A stretch of DNA of 64,000 bases, from NCBI RefSeq assembly GCF_964355755.1, contig NC_092674.1:14384001-14448000 (forward strand). Reading direction: 5' to 3'. The DNA comes from Antedon mediterranea. Lineage: Eukaryota; Animalia; Echinodermata. The position numbers and the translations under genes are program-made. Shown piece by piece: positions 38,222-51,690 of this stretch. The notes below the pieces were generated by a model, which was given only the letters and a program-made list of their open reading frames with translations, did not search any database and was not told the DNA's origin. Every line of letters begins with the position of its first letter. Within the stretch, counting starts at the first letter, position 1.

Positions 38222-39534
38222 TTGTAGTTGCTATACCGTGTACTACTGTAGCAAAACATAAAAAGAAGTGGTTAACGATGGATAATACAAATTGGTTGTA
38301 AAATATTAAATAAAAGGAATGCAAACATGGTGTGTACAGTGTTAAAGTTGTCCACTAATTAAACAAAAATAATGCTATCAAAATAAACGTTTGTATTTAG
38401 ATCTAAAAAGCTTTCATAAGCATAGTTACCGTATTAATATTTATTATCATTAAATACTCGTGGTACAGAATAGATCAACAATGTTCTCTCCGTCAGAAAT
38501 GGTTTCAGAATTGTACAAAAACTAAAGCATATAAGAGAACGAATGACTCTCAAACGGCCACCATTACGACGACAATGTTTGTATTTATTGAGCGCAATAA
38601 TGGACACCACATTTACTGCTGTATGTTTGATTTCTTATGAACTATTCTAAAATGTTTAATTTAAATATTATATATTTGTAATATAAATGCTTGAAATAAA
38701 TCGTTCTAAATTTGTATATACGAAACTGATATATTTTTACAGAAACAGAGGTAATGTTCGTTAAGATAAATATATGTTACTTGTATAGCAACATTTGTAG
38801 TAGCTAACAAAACTAAAATACTGTATAACTGTAAATACATGACGTGCAAAAATTTTATATAAAACACAACCCTATCTTACACTCACGTATAGTTAAGTAC
38901 ATTACTTATCAAACTCACTTGACTTGTGCTGAAAGATATGTTTCCTCAATTAACAGTTGACTGTTTTGTACAGAATACCAGACATTATACATTATCATTT
39001 GTATAAGAAGCGATAACAAGTACATTCTATAAAGTTGTTGCAACAAGCGTGATTTGTTATTTATTGTTTGCTTTGACCTTATCATAAGGTGATAGGAGCT
39101 ACACCGATGTGAATTGCCATTTTAGGTGAGCAAAGTAAACCATTATACCGATTTGGTATGAAGTACAATACAATTCATAATTGTGGACATACATTTCTCC
39201 ACCAATAATTTTTCAATAAAGGTGAACGTGCCAGTGACATCTAATTTTATTATTGTTCTTCTTTGATTGCAAATGAATGCATCATCTATTCATTTTTATA
39301 TTTATGTATGGTATAAAAATATCAATCAATAGTTTATGTTGAAATTGATTGCTTTTGCATTAATTAATAACATTAACATAATAAATACAAGAAAAAAGAA
39401 TTATTCACTTTGAAAAGAGGGATATTAAATGAAATTATTTTATTAAATTTAGAAATATATTATTATTTTAAAAAATTTTAAAAATTACCACCAGAATGTG
39501 TTACATTATTTATAACAAGGCCAACATCCATTAA

Positions 39535-40287
39535 GTCGCGTGCTACAATGCATAGTGATACTGGACCGACAGACAGACCGACAGACAGACCGACAGACCG
39601 ACCGACCGACATAGTGAACTATACTGACCGAAATTACTGAACATGTTTAAAAATGTTGAAATGTTTAAAAACATTTATATTTTTTTAATTTACACGTGCG
39701 TAGCCTGTCACTTTTGACGTGCTCGTATAACGTAATTTCGAGTTGAAAAGTAAGTCAAGAAAACAGAAATCGGGCAAAAAGAGTGCGTAATAACATTTAA
39801 CGCGCAGTGCGTGCGCAAAAATATGCGCACTCATGGCAATTTTGTAAACGCTTAAAATTGCCTGAAACGTACTCTTATTTCATCGAAAATAAATTTTGAA
39901 AATTTTAAGCGCGCGTACGCATGCGTTACATGCGCTACGCACGTAATTGTATTGCCATATGATGATTTATGCCCTGAAAATTATGAGTACCAAATTTTAT
40001 TTAATTGTGATTCATGGTTGTGAAGATATGATTAAAAACGTGATTTCGTTAAATCGTGCGTAGACCGCGTAATTTTTTATTGCGCACCGTGAAAACATAA
40101 CCACATTGATTCCTGGCCATAAGGAATATACTGTGAAAAATTGACCTAGCTAGATTAAACTGATATCAAGATAAGGTCAGAAAGCGATAAAACGCATAGT
40201 GATACCGGACCGACAGACCGACAAACCGACAGACCGACCGACCGACCGATATAGTGAACTATAGAGTCGCTTCCACGCGACTAAAAA
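39535..40287. mobile_element. Helentron-associated (HINE/DINE-1-like) element
   Basis: Subterminal IR agtcgcgt/acgcgact; (GACC/GACA)n microsatellites; terminal stem-loop agtcgcttccacgcgactaaaaa. Confidence 0.65.
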
Positions 40288-41544
40288 TCTATTATTTCTA
40301 ACTATTTTACATTCCTACCTAAAGTTGATGCGTAAATATTTTTAAATATTTATGTGATAAATTTTCAATTTACATAAGTATTTAGACCTACATATATCTA
40401 GATTTATAGAGCAAACCTATAAAAAATGTACAAGAAGTTTATTACTGCCACTAATAAAAGCAAGAATACTTGAACTGAAATAGGAAGAATATTATGTTCA
40501 TGAGGTGAAAGTTTTGACAGTTTTATAACGAGGCGGAGCCGAGTGTAGAAAAGAAGTCAATCTTCTAAGGATTATTCTCTCCGTTCAGCTAATATAAAAT
40601 ATTCATTGTTAGGTTCAATGTTAGTTTTACAATGTACGATTACATAATAAAAATAAGAGGCATTTAAAAACTATATAATTTCATTTTTTTTTAAATATAT
40701 TTTAATGAATGCATGTTAGAAGAAAGGAATTGATTCTAAATAGGCTGCTGCATCCATTGCAATTTTCCTATCTGGCTACTTTATACCGAAAGCAGAGTGA
40801 CGGATATAGATTCTAGACAAAATAGAAAATCCATCTTTTTTTCTACCAACGTTAACATGTTTCGGTTGTTGCACACAGAAGAGCAAACACTTTGATATCA
40901 TTATTCGTATTATGATCAAAAAGGACAGTTTTTATTGATAATAAAACGGAAGTATACATTTTTTTTTCAACACTGTGATTAATTGGGGATCGATCCATTT
41001 AGTATAGTAGTAGACCTACGACAGTCCTTCATCTTCTGTATTCTACTGTAGAATTAAAATTAACATGTTTTGGCTTTTCAATGACAGACTTAGCTAAGCC
41101 TAAATCTGAAGGTTCTGTCACACACGACGGCTATAATATTAATATAGAGATAAATGAATCATGAAGAAAATGTTAAGCGGTTGATCACCGTTGTTTTCGC
41201 GATAAGAAAAATCACATACTTAAGTTAGGATACGGTACCATATCTTTAGCCACGGCCTTTATCTATAAAAGTATATAATATTTTGTTCAACCCTGGGATT
41301 AATAATGGATCGATTCATTTAGTGGTCTTATGGCAGAATGAAACTAGAAAACTCAAATCTTGAAATCGGGGTTTTCTAGTTATGAGTGTTGACGCCTATT
41401 CATTGTCGATTCCATGAATTATTCTATAAACTTAAATCATTTCGGCCCTTAACCTTCTGTATTCCAGCATAGGGAGACCTAAAAACGTTAGTCGATCAGG
41501 GTACGATCAAATAAAACCTCTGAAAAACGCTTTTAAACGGATTA

Positions 41545-41890
41545 ATGTTCTTTATTTATTAAGCCAACATAGTGTGGCGGCAAAACATAACTGTTGTACT
41601 CTAAAAATAAATAAAATAAATTTGTTAGGAAATCTAAAACATATCATTTGTAAACATTCTCTTTGCGAGTCCAACCATTCTATATGCCTTAGAAACAGAC
41701 GCATTTATATGATCTTCAAAAGATGAATTATTGTCAAAAACCACGCCACGATCTTTTTCCAATGTACATACCTCTATCTTAATAGGTGGAATGAGTAAAA
41801 TATTTTGTTTTTTTTTTATTTTGACGCCCTAAATAAAAATGTTTACATTTTGAAGCATTGAAAGGCAATTGCCACATGCTTGACCATTGG
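41545..41890 (-). pseudogene. CR1/L2-type LINE RT C-terminal fragment
   Basis: Manual translation WSSMWQLPFNASKCKHFYLGRQN...EKDRGVVFDNNSSFEDHINASVSKAYRMVGLAKRMF. Confidence 0.8.
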
Positions 41891-42213
41891 AACATATTTT
41901 GTAATGACTTTTTGCAGATTAATAATTTAACTATCGTAGTCATACACTTTCATATCGTCTCTAAACATTTTATGCTGACAAATTCACATCTTATGTTTAA
42001 AATACATTGTTTGTTTAATATTCAAAATAAATTAATACTGGGGATATTATCGATCTCACACAAAACAACTATTTTATTTTCTTAATACATTAAAGACCCA
42101 TTCCTTACAATATTTGACGTTTTGTAAAAATAATGATTTGATTTGATTTTATTTGATTCAGGTTTCAACATAAAATTACAAGACAAAGATAAAAAATACA
42201 AATAGAAACATGT

Positions 42214-42336
42214 AAAGTATTGCACAGTACACAAGAAACCTAGGATAGCCCATAACGTATTGCACAGTACACAAGAAACCTAGGATAGCCCATAAAGTAT
42301 TGCACAGTACACAAGAAACCTATGATAGCCCATAAA
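42214..42336. repeat. ~40-bp tandem repeat, 3 copies
   Basis: gtattgcacagtacacaagaaacctaggatagcccataa repeated. Confidence 0.95.
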
Positions 42337-42699
42337 GTCGAAAAAAAAACAACAACAATTTCCAACGGGGTCCTATTATCATAAACTTAAGCGACAAAAA
42401 CAAAAAACGGCAAATTACAAAATCGAGTACACAATTAAAAAAATGGCACAGAGAAATATACTTATAAAAATATGATACACTAAAAATGTGATGACTATAA
42501 ATAGATACTAAATACATGTAATTATATATTTGTTATAATACCTATATATTGCTTTAAAAACATTATTCCTTGTCTTAGATGTAGGTTTTATGGTAATTTA
42601 TGATAAAAAGAGAGAAACAATGTCCTCTCGTGGACGGAATTTAGGCCTAGCCTAGCTAGCTGTATTCTTATAAGCCTAATACTATGTAAGTCTCCGACT

Positions 42700-43790
42700 G
42701 TTACAAATCTGATTTACGAAAATATTCTATTTCACTTTTCGAAATATTAACATTTACTTTAATTCTAAAACAGGAAGTAAGCACCGTATAATTGTATGAC
42801 TAATCATTTTGTAAAAATAATTCACAGTACAAGCAAGGTTTTAATAGTCCAAATATGTCAATTCAAAATGCACTGCTTATCTGTAACAAAACTTTGAAGC
42901 ATTTGATATCTGTTAGTTAGGGTCACTTGTTTTGGAAAATGCATACTGATGCTAATAATAAAACGGTATTTTTATTATTGTAATAAACCCTAACTCATAT
43001 CAGTAATAATAATGCAATGAATTTAAAAAAAGGTATACTTTTTTTCAACCCTCTGAATAATAATGGATCATTCCATTTAGTATTCTTATAGCAGAAACTA
43101 GTTTCTATAGTCCTGAGTGTTAACACTCGTTTCATTTGGCAACTTTCAGTCAAATAAATAGATAGTACTTATCTGTTTTCATTTAAAGCTAGACAATTTT
43201 AATTTTCTGTCTATGTGTCTGTTGTACCCAACTAGGATTGTGTTATACTTATAATTATTACACTTTGCCAACTTACCAACTATTACTACTGGACTTGAAA
43301 ATTGAACAAACTTTCCCGATCCATTCTCGATTCAACCGATTCGTAGCTGTTTACAGTACCTACACTCCTTTGTCTATGTTCATATTATTATTTATAATAA
43401 CAATATGTATACTTAAAGCAGGGAAGAGTTAAATTACAATTGTAATGTAACTCTTCCCTGCTTAAAGTTAGCACAATAATGGCACAAAAACCTTTCCACG
43501 GTCTAATGACTCTGTTTATATAGATGCACAAGTCATTGTGTAGAATTTCAATTCATAGTTTCAGTCATTCAATTCTATATAACCCCATAAGTAGTCATGT
43601 ATCAGATTATATAACCTGTACCCAATATAGTATACTCTTAGTGTGATAAATTTGATAAAACCTAACGTACTCAATAGGTAAATGAATTGTATATGTATAA
43701 TATGAAATTAAAACTCAGAGGATATAGGAAAATAGGTAACAAAATATTACGATTGTGCAAATCTGTGTTGATTTCATGTATTAAGACAGT
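42700..43790. repeat. Local direct duplication, copy A (copy B ~45620-46600 plus ~47405-47505)
   Basis: Collinear, e.g. ctagtttctatagtcctgagtgttaacactcgtttcatttggcaactttcagtcaaataaatagatagtac. Confidence 0.9.
43419..43460. mobile_element. 42-bp hairpin micro-element (CAGGGAAGAGTTA family)
   Basis: 7-bp TSD cttaaag; absent from the paralogous site at ~46360. Confidence 0.88.
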
Positions 43791-44739
43791 AGGATATATT
43801 ATGGTTACGTTTATATTTAGCACAATTATAAATGAAATAACTCAACTGTTGGAAAGAAAAGAGAACGCATGTATATTATATAATATATGTCATTAATTGA
43901 CACTATTTCAAGAAACAAGAATAATAATACTATAGAACAACATTTTAACGTTCAGTCACAGTCACACATTTTACACTGGGCGCCATCTCATTTGCAGCCA
44001 AGATTATTACGTCTATTATGCAACGTTTAAAAATAAATAACGTTAACGATGTTTGTCAAGATCGCATCGGGCTGCACGAAAACTGATGTGGCCCTGAATA
44101 GAAAGTTAAATTCACGACGCGTGTTGTTATACGGAAGTAGACGTTTCCTTAATATCTTATCCTATGTCGATCAGATTTATAACGTATTTGGAGAATTGTC
44201 TGATAGGTTTCCCCTTTTCGAACGGGTTATATTATACTTTTAGCACACAAAGTATACTATACATAAACATGTACCTATTATTCCTTATATTTAGTATTTT
44301 AAACACAAACCATATAAGTTAAGCTTTCCCAATTTACTCAGAGTATACATATTTAACAATACATAATATTATTTATTTCTACTGATACTGTACAAGCAAT
44401 GCTAAATACTACTAAAGCTTAATTATAAACTACATTTTGACCTCTTGGGGGCTACCACTCTCATATGAGTGTGTTTTCACAGGAGCCAATAAATTAAATG
44501 ATATTTAAGTTTTAAGGTTTTAGGTTTTAAGTGTATCGGTCGGTAAGGATGACATCCGTAAGGTAAATTGTGGAATTTGGAGGCAAAGTAATCCCCAGAA
44601 TTATTCCAGCCAAATGAGCGAATAACATGAGCAACATATGAGTAGCACCTGTGTTGAAGTTAGGTGTTGGATGATGAAGGGGATGGCTGGGTGAGAAGAT
44701 TGAAAAGTTTGTACAACTATTGGACGGCTAATTTAACAA

Positions 44740-44960
44740 TGCAGTGTGCTAGTATGCAACAACTAAAAACACTCTGAATTCCCACGGGTTGCCAATTAAA
44801 AATTAGCCTATCCTACATTTTTGTGTTCCACTCAATTCTAAACTATTCTTTAATTTCCAAACCAAGACCTGATCGTATAGGAGGCATCGTCGCGATTTAT
44901 GCCAATGGATGAATCTTCGAATATGAAACGTACTGAAAATATTCCACACCAACTAGAAGT
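44740..44960 (+). pseudogene. Degraded LINE AP-endonuclease fragment
   Basis: NYSLISKPRPDRIGGIVAIY resembles the APE R..R.GGGVAIY motif. Confidence 0.4.
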
Positions 44961-45619
44961 CATTTTGGTATTATATTTTTACCATATTTAATTATTTAAA
45001 GTGATTCTAGCTAGTCTAGGCCTAGCTTCTAGGTGAAAAGGACGCTCTATTTAGGTTTTCACTTCATAGGCCTAAGAAGTTAAATAATGTGTTCAAAATT
45101 TTTTAAATGCCTAAACTCTAAAGAAGCAACCAACTGTTCAATAATTGTCATTGTATATTCGAAGTCAATACTGATATTTTAAGTTGTACAACAGTTGATA
45201 GATGACATTTATACTATATATATATTGTCTTTCTGTTTTTGCAAAATCCGTAATACAAATTGGGGGAAAACCGGTATTTTCGCAGAAATGACTTCTTCTA
45301 GGTGAATCATAGAAGAAAAACTAAAGAATCAATCCTCGCGCAATGCATGTTGGGATTTATAGCGGGCCGCTAACACTATTGAATAGACTTATTTTTCACA
45401 TTTTTAACCGTTCAAAGACGAAAAAGTTTTCGCGATAAGACCATAATATAGTATTTATTTTTACATTAAATGTAGTTTATGACCTTAAATTAAATTTTAA
45501 AAACGTAGGGAATGGGAAAATGTATTATATTATGAATAAACTTCAAACATTTATGTAAATGTTTAGTTTCAGTTGTAACCAGCTTCCTTCAAAAGGTTAT
45601 ATTTTATTTTCAGATTTTT

Positions 45620-47505
45620 GTCACAAATCCGAAAATATTCTATTTCACTTCGAAATAGTAACATTTGTTTCTAAACAGGAAGTAAGCGCCGTATATATTG
45701 TATGGTTAATCATTTTGTATAAATAATTCACAGTACAGTAAAAGCAAGGTTTTAATAGTCCAAATATGTCAATTCAAAATACACTTCTTATCTTTAACCA
45801 AACTTTGAAGCATTTTATATCTGTTGGTTAGGGTCACTTTTTGTGGAAAATGGAAACTGATGCTAATGGTGGAACGTTATTATTACTGTAATAAACCCTA
45901 ACTTATATCAGTAGGCCTAATAATAATGCAATGACATATTTATAAAACGGTATACATTTTTTTTTCAACCCTTTAACTAATAATGGATCGATCCATTTAG
46001 CGATCTTATAGTAGATAACTAGTTTCTATAGTCCTGAGTGTTAACACTCGTTTCATTTGGCAACTTTCAGTCAAATAAATAGATAGTACTTATCTGTTTT
46101 AATTTAGAGCTAGACCATTTTAATTGTCTGTCTATGTGCCTGTTGTACCCAACTAGGGTGGTGTTATACTTATAATTATTATATATTGCAAACTTACCAA
46201 CTATTGCTACTGTACTTGAAAAATCTCTTAGAACTGAACAAACTTTCCCGATCAACTCTCTATTCAACAAATCCACTGCACTCTCTACCAATTTGTAGCT
46301 GTTTAAGTACCAGCACTCCTTTGTCTGTTTTCATATTAGTATTTATAACAATATGTATACTTAAATTTAGCACAATAATGGCTCAAAAACCTTTCCACGG
46401 TATAATGAACCTTTTTATATAGATGCGCAAGTCATTGTGCAGAATTTCAATTCATAATTATTTACAGTCATTCAATTATATATAACCCCAGTAGTAGTGT
46501 ATCAGATTAAAATTTTAACTTGTACCCAATATAGTAGTATAACTCCTAGTGTTATAACCTTAAGAAGCCTAACGCACTCAAATATGCAAATGAATTTTAT
46601 ATGGTTAATAAATACAGATATTGCCTGCTTAGAGCGAGCGCTGAGGGAAATATATTCCTTAGAGGAAAATATCATTTCAAATCAAATGTCAAATCTTATA
46701 TTTTGCCGATATTAAAGGCGAAATATATTATGTAGCCAACAACAAGTAGAATATATACTTGGTCGGGTAGCTAGGCCTCCTTTATGTAATAAGCCTGCCT
46801 GTAGTTAGGCACTTTACCTTGCGAAGAATAATATATACAGATAATTACTAATCAATTATTACTTGGCAATAAAATATTCACTTAGGCTTAGGTCGTTTAA
46901 ATAATAACAGAAGAATTTCCTCCAATAAGCCTATAATAATAATATTATTATTATTATCAGGTAGATCCAATACATAATAATTCGTCTTCTTCGATCCGAA
47001 TCAGCGGATGTTCAGCGGGCCGCGCGTACCAGGTTACTACAGTGAGTTTTAACCAATCACAACGGTCTTTTATCAAATCTATGTACGGCGAATAACAAAT
47101 GAGGGCGCTATGTATTCATAGCCTAAATAGTTCAGTAGATGACTTTTGTTTATTTATCGTTTTGGTTTTTATTTTTATTTATTTATAAACGGGAATGTTA
47201 CCACACGAAAATTACAGAGTCAATATCATCGTACTCGATAATTTAGTGGATTTTCTATGTTTAATGACAGGGACACGACAATGACGCGAAAATTACTCAG
47301 TCAATATCATCGAACTCAAAGAAATATACGATGTACGATCCTCCCAGCAGTAGTCATGTTATGCAGTTTCAAACAATTTACATGTAATGTATAATTATGT
47401 TTAAGGCCTGTATGCTTATGTGAAATTAAAAATCAGAGGTATAGAAAAAATAGGTAAAATAATTAATGCTAACATTTGTTTAATTTAAGACAGCAGGATA
47501 AATTA
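45620..47505. repeat. Local direct duplication, copy B, with a ~0.75-kb unclassified insertion (~46610-47350)
   Basis: Collinear with 42700-43790 apart from the insert. Confidence 0.8.
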
Positions 47506-47694
47506 AGCTCTTCCAAAAACCGTTTAAATGTTGACATTTTTGGTTATAGTATCGCATTTTTTTAGTACTGCCCTGTTTGTTTTAAATACGTTGAAGTGTA
47601 ATTGTAAAACTGTGGTTTTTTAATGTAACTATAAAGATGGAAAATAAGACAACGTTAAGCTACCGTAACCCGTCATTGGAGGATTTGCTTCTAT

Positions 47695-48410
47695 TTTTAG
47701 AGTCTATAGTTCACTGTGTCGGTCGGTCTGTCGGTAAACACTAAATGTCGGAAAACACTAACTCTAATTCATATACTTTCGTTATTTTGACAGTGGATAT
47801 TAATACTCGAAGGCAAATATAAATGTTTGTAAACAATTTTCAAAATGTTTTAAACATTTTTCAGCAATTTCGGTAGGTTGGTCGGTCGGTAAATACCGAC
47901 TCAAATTCATATTTTTTGGTTTTGTTACAGTGGATATTAATACTTGGAGGCAGAAATGTGCCTAAACGTTTTTTAAAAAGTTTCAACATTTTCAGCAATT
48001 TCGGTTGGTTGGTCAATCGGTAGGTAAACACTAAATGTCGATTAACACTCAAATTGATTGGTTGGTCGGTCGGTTGGTCGGTCGGTAAAAACTAACTCAA
48101 ATTTGAACACGCGACTGCAGCCATGTATAATATGGCCTTGTTCGTTTGTTTGACAGTGGATATTTATACTTGGAGGCAAATATAAATGTTTCAAATATGT
48201 TTCAACCTTTTTTTTAACATTTTCAGCAATTTCGTTCGGTTGGTCAGTCGGTCGGTCTGTAAACACTAACTCAAATTCATATTTCTTAGTTATTTTGACC
48301 GTGGATATTAACTTATACTTCGAGCCAAATATAAATGTCTTTTAAATATTTTTAAACATTTTCAGCAATTTCGGTTGGTCGATCGGTAAACACTAACTCA
48401 TATTCATATA
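47695..48410. mobile_element. HINE-like element with ~150-bp internal tandem units; further fragment at ~49925-50155
   Basis: ctatagttcact-gtcggtcgg end matches 40240-40265 in reverse; repeated cagcaatttcggttggtcggtcggtaaacactaactcaaattc units. Confidence 0.65.
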
Positions 48411-48414
48411 GTCA

Positions 48415-49920
48415 GATATTGACCAATCATAGAACTTACCTATAAAACCAAATAAAAACCAACAATTAACATACAGTTGATGTTTTCTCATCCTGATAAT
48501 CAACACATAATGTAAAAGAGCACATACATCTCATCAGTTGACATAAGGTCAACGGTCAATATTTCAATATACACGTATTATGTAGTCTGTAACATATAAA
48601 TTCAAAGTTGTCCAAACTATTATATTGATGGTTTTTACAAGTAATCAAATTATTTGATAAGTAAAGTTATTTTATTTCATTATAATTTTGAACAATGTAA
48701 TTATAATACTGTAATTAACTAAATCAGACTGGTAAAATCTTACGCTGACCTTAAATAAAATAAATGGCCGGTTAAAAGCAAAACTTATAAAACTTTTAAC
48801 ATTCATTTTGCAAAAACTTGTCAGAATAATACGCAATATTCATTTTGAGGCAATTTATCTGATTTGATCTGCTTCTTTATGTTAGCGATATATAATTTTG
48901 GTTTTTATTTGTCTGGTACTCAGACCCTTGCCACTGCCAATTAATGATTAATGATGTCCCTTTCATTTTATCCTTTACTCTCTATCTATAATATTATGTT
49001 ATGTTTTATTATGAATATGCTTTAATTGCAATGAAAATATTTAGGGGTGTTTGTTTACGTTCGTTAGCATAGACGCACAAAGAAGGGTCAGATGATTTTT
49101 TTGTGAATTGAAATGGTTAAGTTAAACTACTTTTGCATTGTCGAAATAAAAAGTGGTATAATGTGGGCTGGGCCACTTGTATCTGTCTATGCCCTATCCT
49201 GTGGATGAACTGATATTCTCTTATTCTGATGAATAGTAGTTTATTGCCCAAAAAAGAATACTGTAGCCCTAATGATTGCAACTGTGTTGTGACAAATCAT
49301 TGAAGGTCAGCGTAACATTTTAACATTTTACCAGTCATTTATTTTACAGAATTATAATACATTTAAAATAATGCGCACTAGGAAAAATTATCAGAAATAC
49401 CAAACTTTACATATCAATTAATGTGCTTACATTTATGCCCATCGATCTCATAGTTTGAATAATTTATTTAGTATGTCACTTGTTAAATATTGACCTTTGA
49501 CCTATGTCAATTAGTGTAATGATGTATATGCTCTTTTGATTGCATATGATTGATTAAATAAAAATGAATGAATGATAAAACATCACATTCTGTTAAAATG
49601 TTAGTTTTATTTGGTTTTATAGGACATTTTGTGATTGGGCAATATTGACATTTGACCTTTATTTGCACTGGATTTTATTTTATAAGGTGACTGAATAGAT
49701 ACTTATGACCATACAAATGTATTAAATAACCAAATTAAACTTGGTTATAATACATAATACCTTGTTATAATTGGTCAATTTTGAACTTTAACCACTTATA
49801 TCTCGAAAAAGCTTCGTATGCTGATCGATTACTTTTCAAATTCGTAATCTACAGAAGATTCTGGTCTAGAAAAGTTTGTCCCCTTTCGGGTGGTGATTCT
49901 CCCTCCTGCCACTGGACTAG
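48415..49920. mobile_element. Degenerate palindromic TIR element with one possible Academ-like terminus
   Basis: Inverted arms cctataaaaccaaataaaa / ttttatttggttttatagg and ttacgctgacctt / aaggtcagcgtaa; right end ccactggacta. Confidence 0.5.
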
Positions 49921-50369
49921 TAGATTATATTTACACATTTGACTGACCAACCGACCGATAAACCGACCGAAATTGCTGAACATGTTTAAAAATGTTGACA
50001 ATGTTTAAAAACATTTATATTTTTTTTATTTTACACGTGCGTAGCCTGTCACTTTTGACGTGCTCGTATAACGTAATTTCGATTTTAAAAGTGAATCAAA
50101 TATGATGATATTATTAAAGAAAGTTTGTTAAACAGAAATCGGGCACAAAGAGTGCCTTATCTACGTTAACTTTTACCCATAATCTTTCACAATCATCATC
50201 TATACATTTTAAAACATTATCAGATGTAACCACTAGTTTTTCTGATAGGAATGACCCAATACCACCCTTTCGTTCCGTTACGTTCTTTTCCAACCCAGTT
50301 ATAACCTTTAATAGAGTCTGCGTTGCTCTCTTTTAAGTGTGTTTTAGCAATACCAAGCAATACCAAGTA

Positions 50370-50686
50370 AGTGAGTGAGTGGCCGAGCGGTTAAGACAGT
50401 GGAACCGTAATCACGTAGCCATAACATCGGCAGGGGTTCGAGGCTCACTCACTCCATGGTTCTGGTGGTAGAACGAGTCTTCTCGGATAAAGACTATAAA
50501 CCGTAGGTCCAGTGTGCACAACTTGCTTGTGTGCACTTTAAAGAACCTAGTACATCTTTCGAGATGAGTAGGGGGTTACCCCGGTGTATTAGTACATCAC
50601 AGCCACTGATCACCAACTGGGCCCTCTGGGAGATCAGTCTTTGACTGAAGAGGTTACCCAGTATAAAGATAAAACAAACAAACAAA
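50370..50686 (+). mobile_element. tRNA-derived SINE with Deu/Nin-like core
   Basis: A box tggccgagcgg; B box ggttcgaggc; core gactataaaccgtaggtcc...taaagaacc...gagtagggggttaccccggtgt; (aaac)n tail. Confidence 0.85.
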
Positions 50687-50984
50687 TCAATACTCTTATT
50701 ATATAAACGTTTGAATTTCATAAATCCTATGTTTGCTTAAGCAGTTAATACAATTAAAACATATATTTAGGTTATTTGTACCTACTGGTATATTTTTCCT
50801 TTCCTCCTCTTCAGTGCTTTGTTCGTCGCTTTGAAGTTCGAGGATGTATATCGTTGTTTTGAACTAGCTACCTGAAATGTCACATTGGTATCTTGTGCTG
50901 GTTTCCTCTTTGATGATCTAGCTGAATGGCTGTTCTTAACTCGCAGGTGACGATGCGATTTTGTGAACGTAGGTCTGATTTTCA

Positions 50985-51140
50985 TGGTCAAATCAGGGAT
51001 GATACTGCATTGATGTTGTGAAGTAGAACATGAGTTCCATCTTTGGAAAGATGTAATCCTCAACTATTCAGGTTCGTTTGATAATATTTCCATCAAGTAG
51101 CCTAAATGATTCATTCTTATCAATAATTGAACAATTCTCA
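50985..51140 (-). pseudogene. SGNH-esterase fragment of the kind found in CR1/L2 LINE ORF1
   Basis: ENCSIIDKNESFRLLDGN then, after a frameshift, GLHLSKDGTHVLLHNIN (DGLHL block V-like). Confidence 0.5.
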
Positions 51141-51429
51141 TTTTTGAAAGAAAAATGAATATTGACATAATTTAATTTCTTACAAGTGTGTGATGTCGTA
51201 CCAATTTTTATTTACAATACAAATAATAATACATTTGTTGTACAATAAAGCTTAAGACCCATTACACTATAAGAATTCAGAGTTTTTGTGAAGCTCTTCA
51301 GCTTTGATTTGGTGTTCACGCATAAGTAAACTTTATGAATATGAAATTATCCTAATATTAAATTTTATTATAAACAAATCATGTAAAACTAACAATGTCA
51401 TTTCAGTAAATAACAATAATTAATTAGGG

Positions 51430-51690
51430 GGCTTCACCGTTATGGATACTGCAGATTCCGCTTTCAAACATAATTTCAAGGAAGCTCTCCACACCATATG
51501 GAGTGAACCTTCCTTGAACAAATAAATCTATTAGGCCATATGATTGTTTGTTGCCTACGTTCCTTGTGTTTTATCGTGCTAATTACTTCATTTACATACA
51601 ACCTGTCCTATTGTTACTGTATATAAGTACTCTAGGCATTGTTTTCTGTTCTGATGATGAGTTTTTTTTTTCAAAACATGTCAAGATATT
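51430..51690 (+). mobile_element. Penelope-like element 3' fragment (GIY-YIG C-terminus)
   Basis: 51430-51525 translates GFTVMDTADSAFKHNFKEALHTIWSEPSLNK*; followed by ctgatga...caaaacatgtc. Confidence 0.65.

Noticed and set aside
50370-50455. tRNA gene
   Set aside because: It is the head of a SINE, continuing into a conserved core and (aaac)n tail; no convincing cloverleaf.
50782-51063. 93-aa basic ORF as a host exon
   Set aside because: No recognisable domain; it overlaps a decayed SGNH/LINE ORF1-like fragment in another frame.
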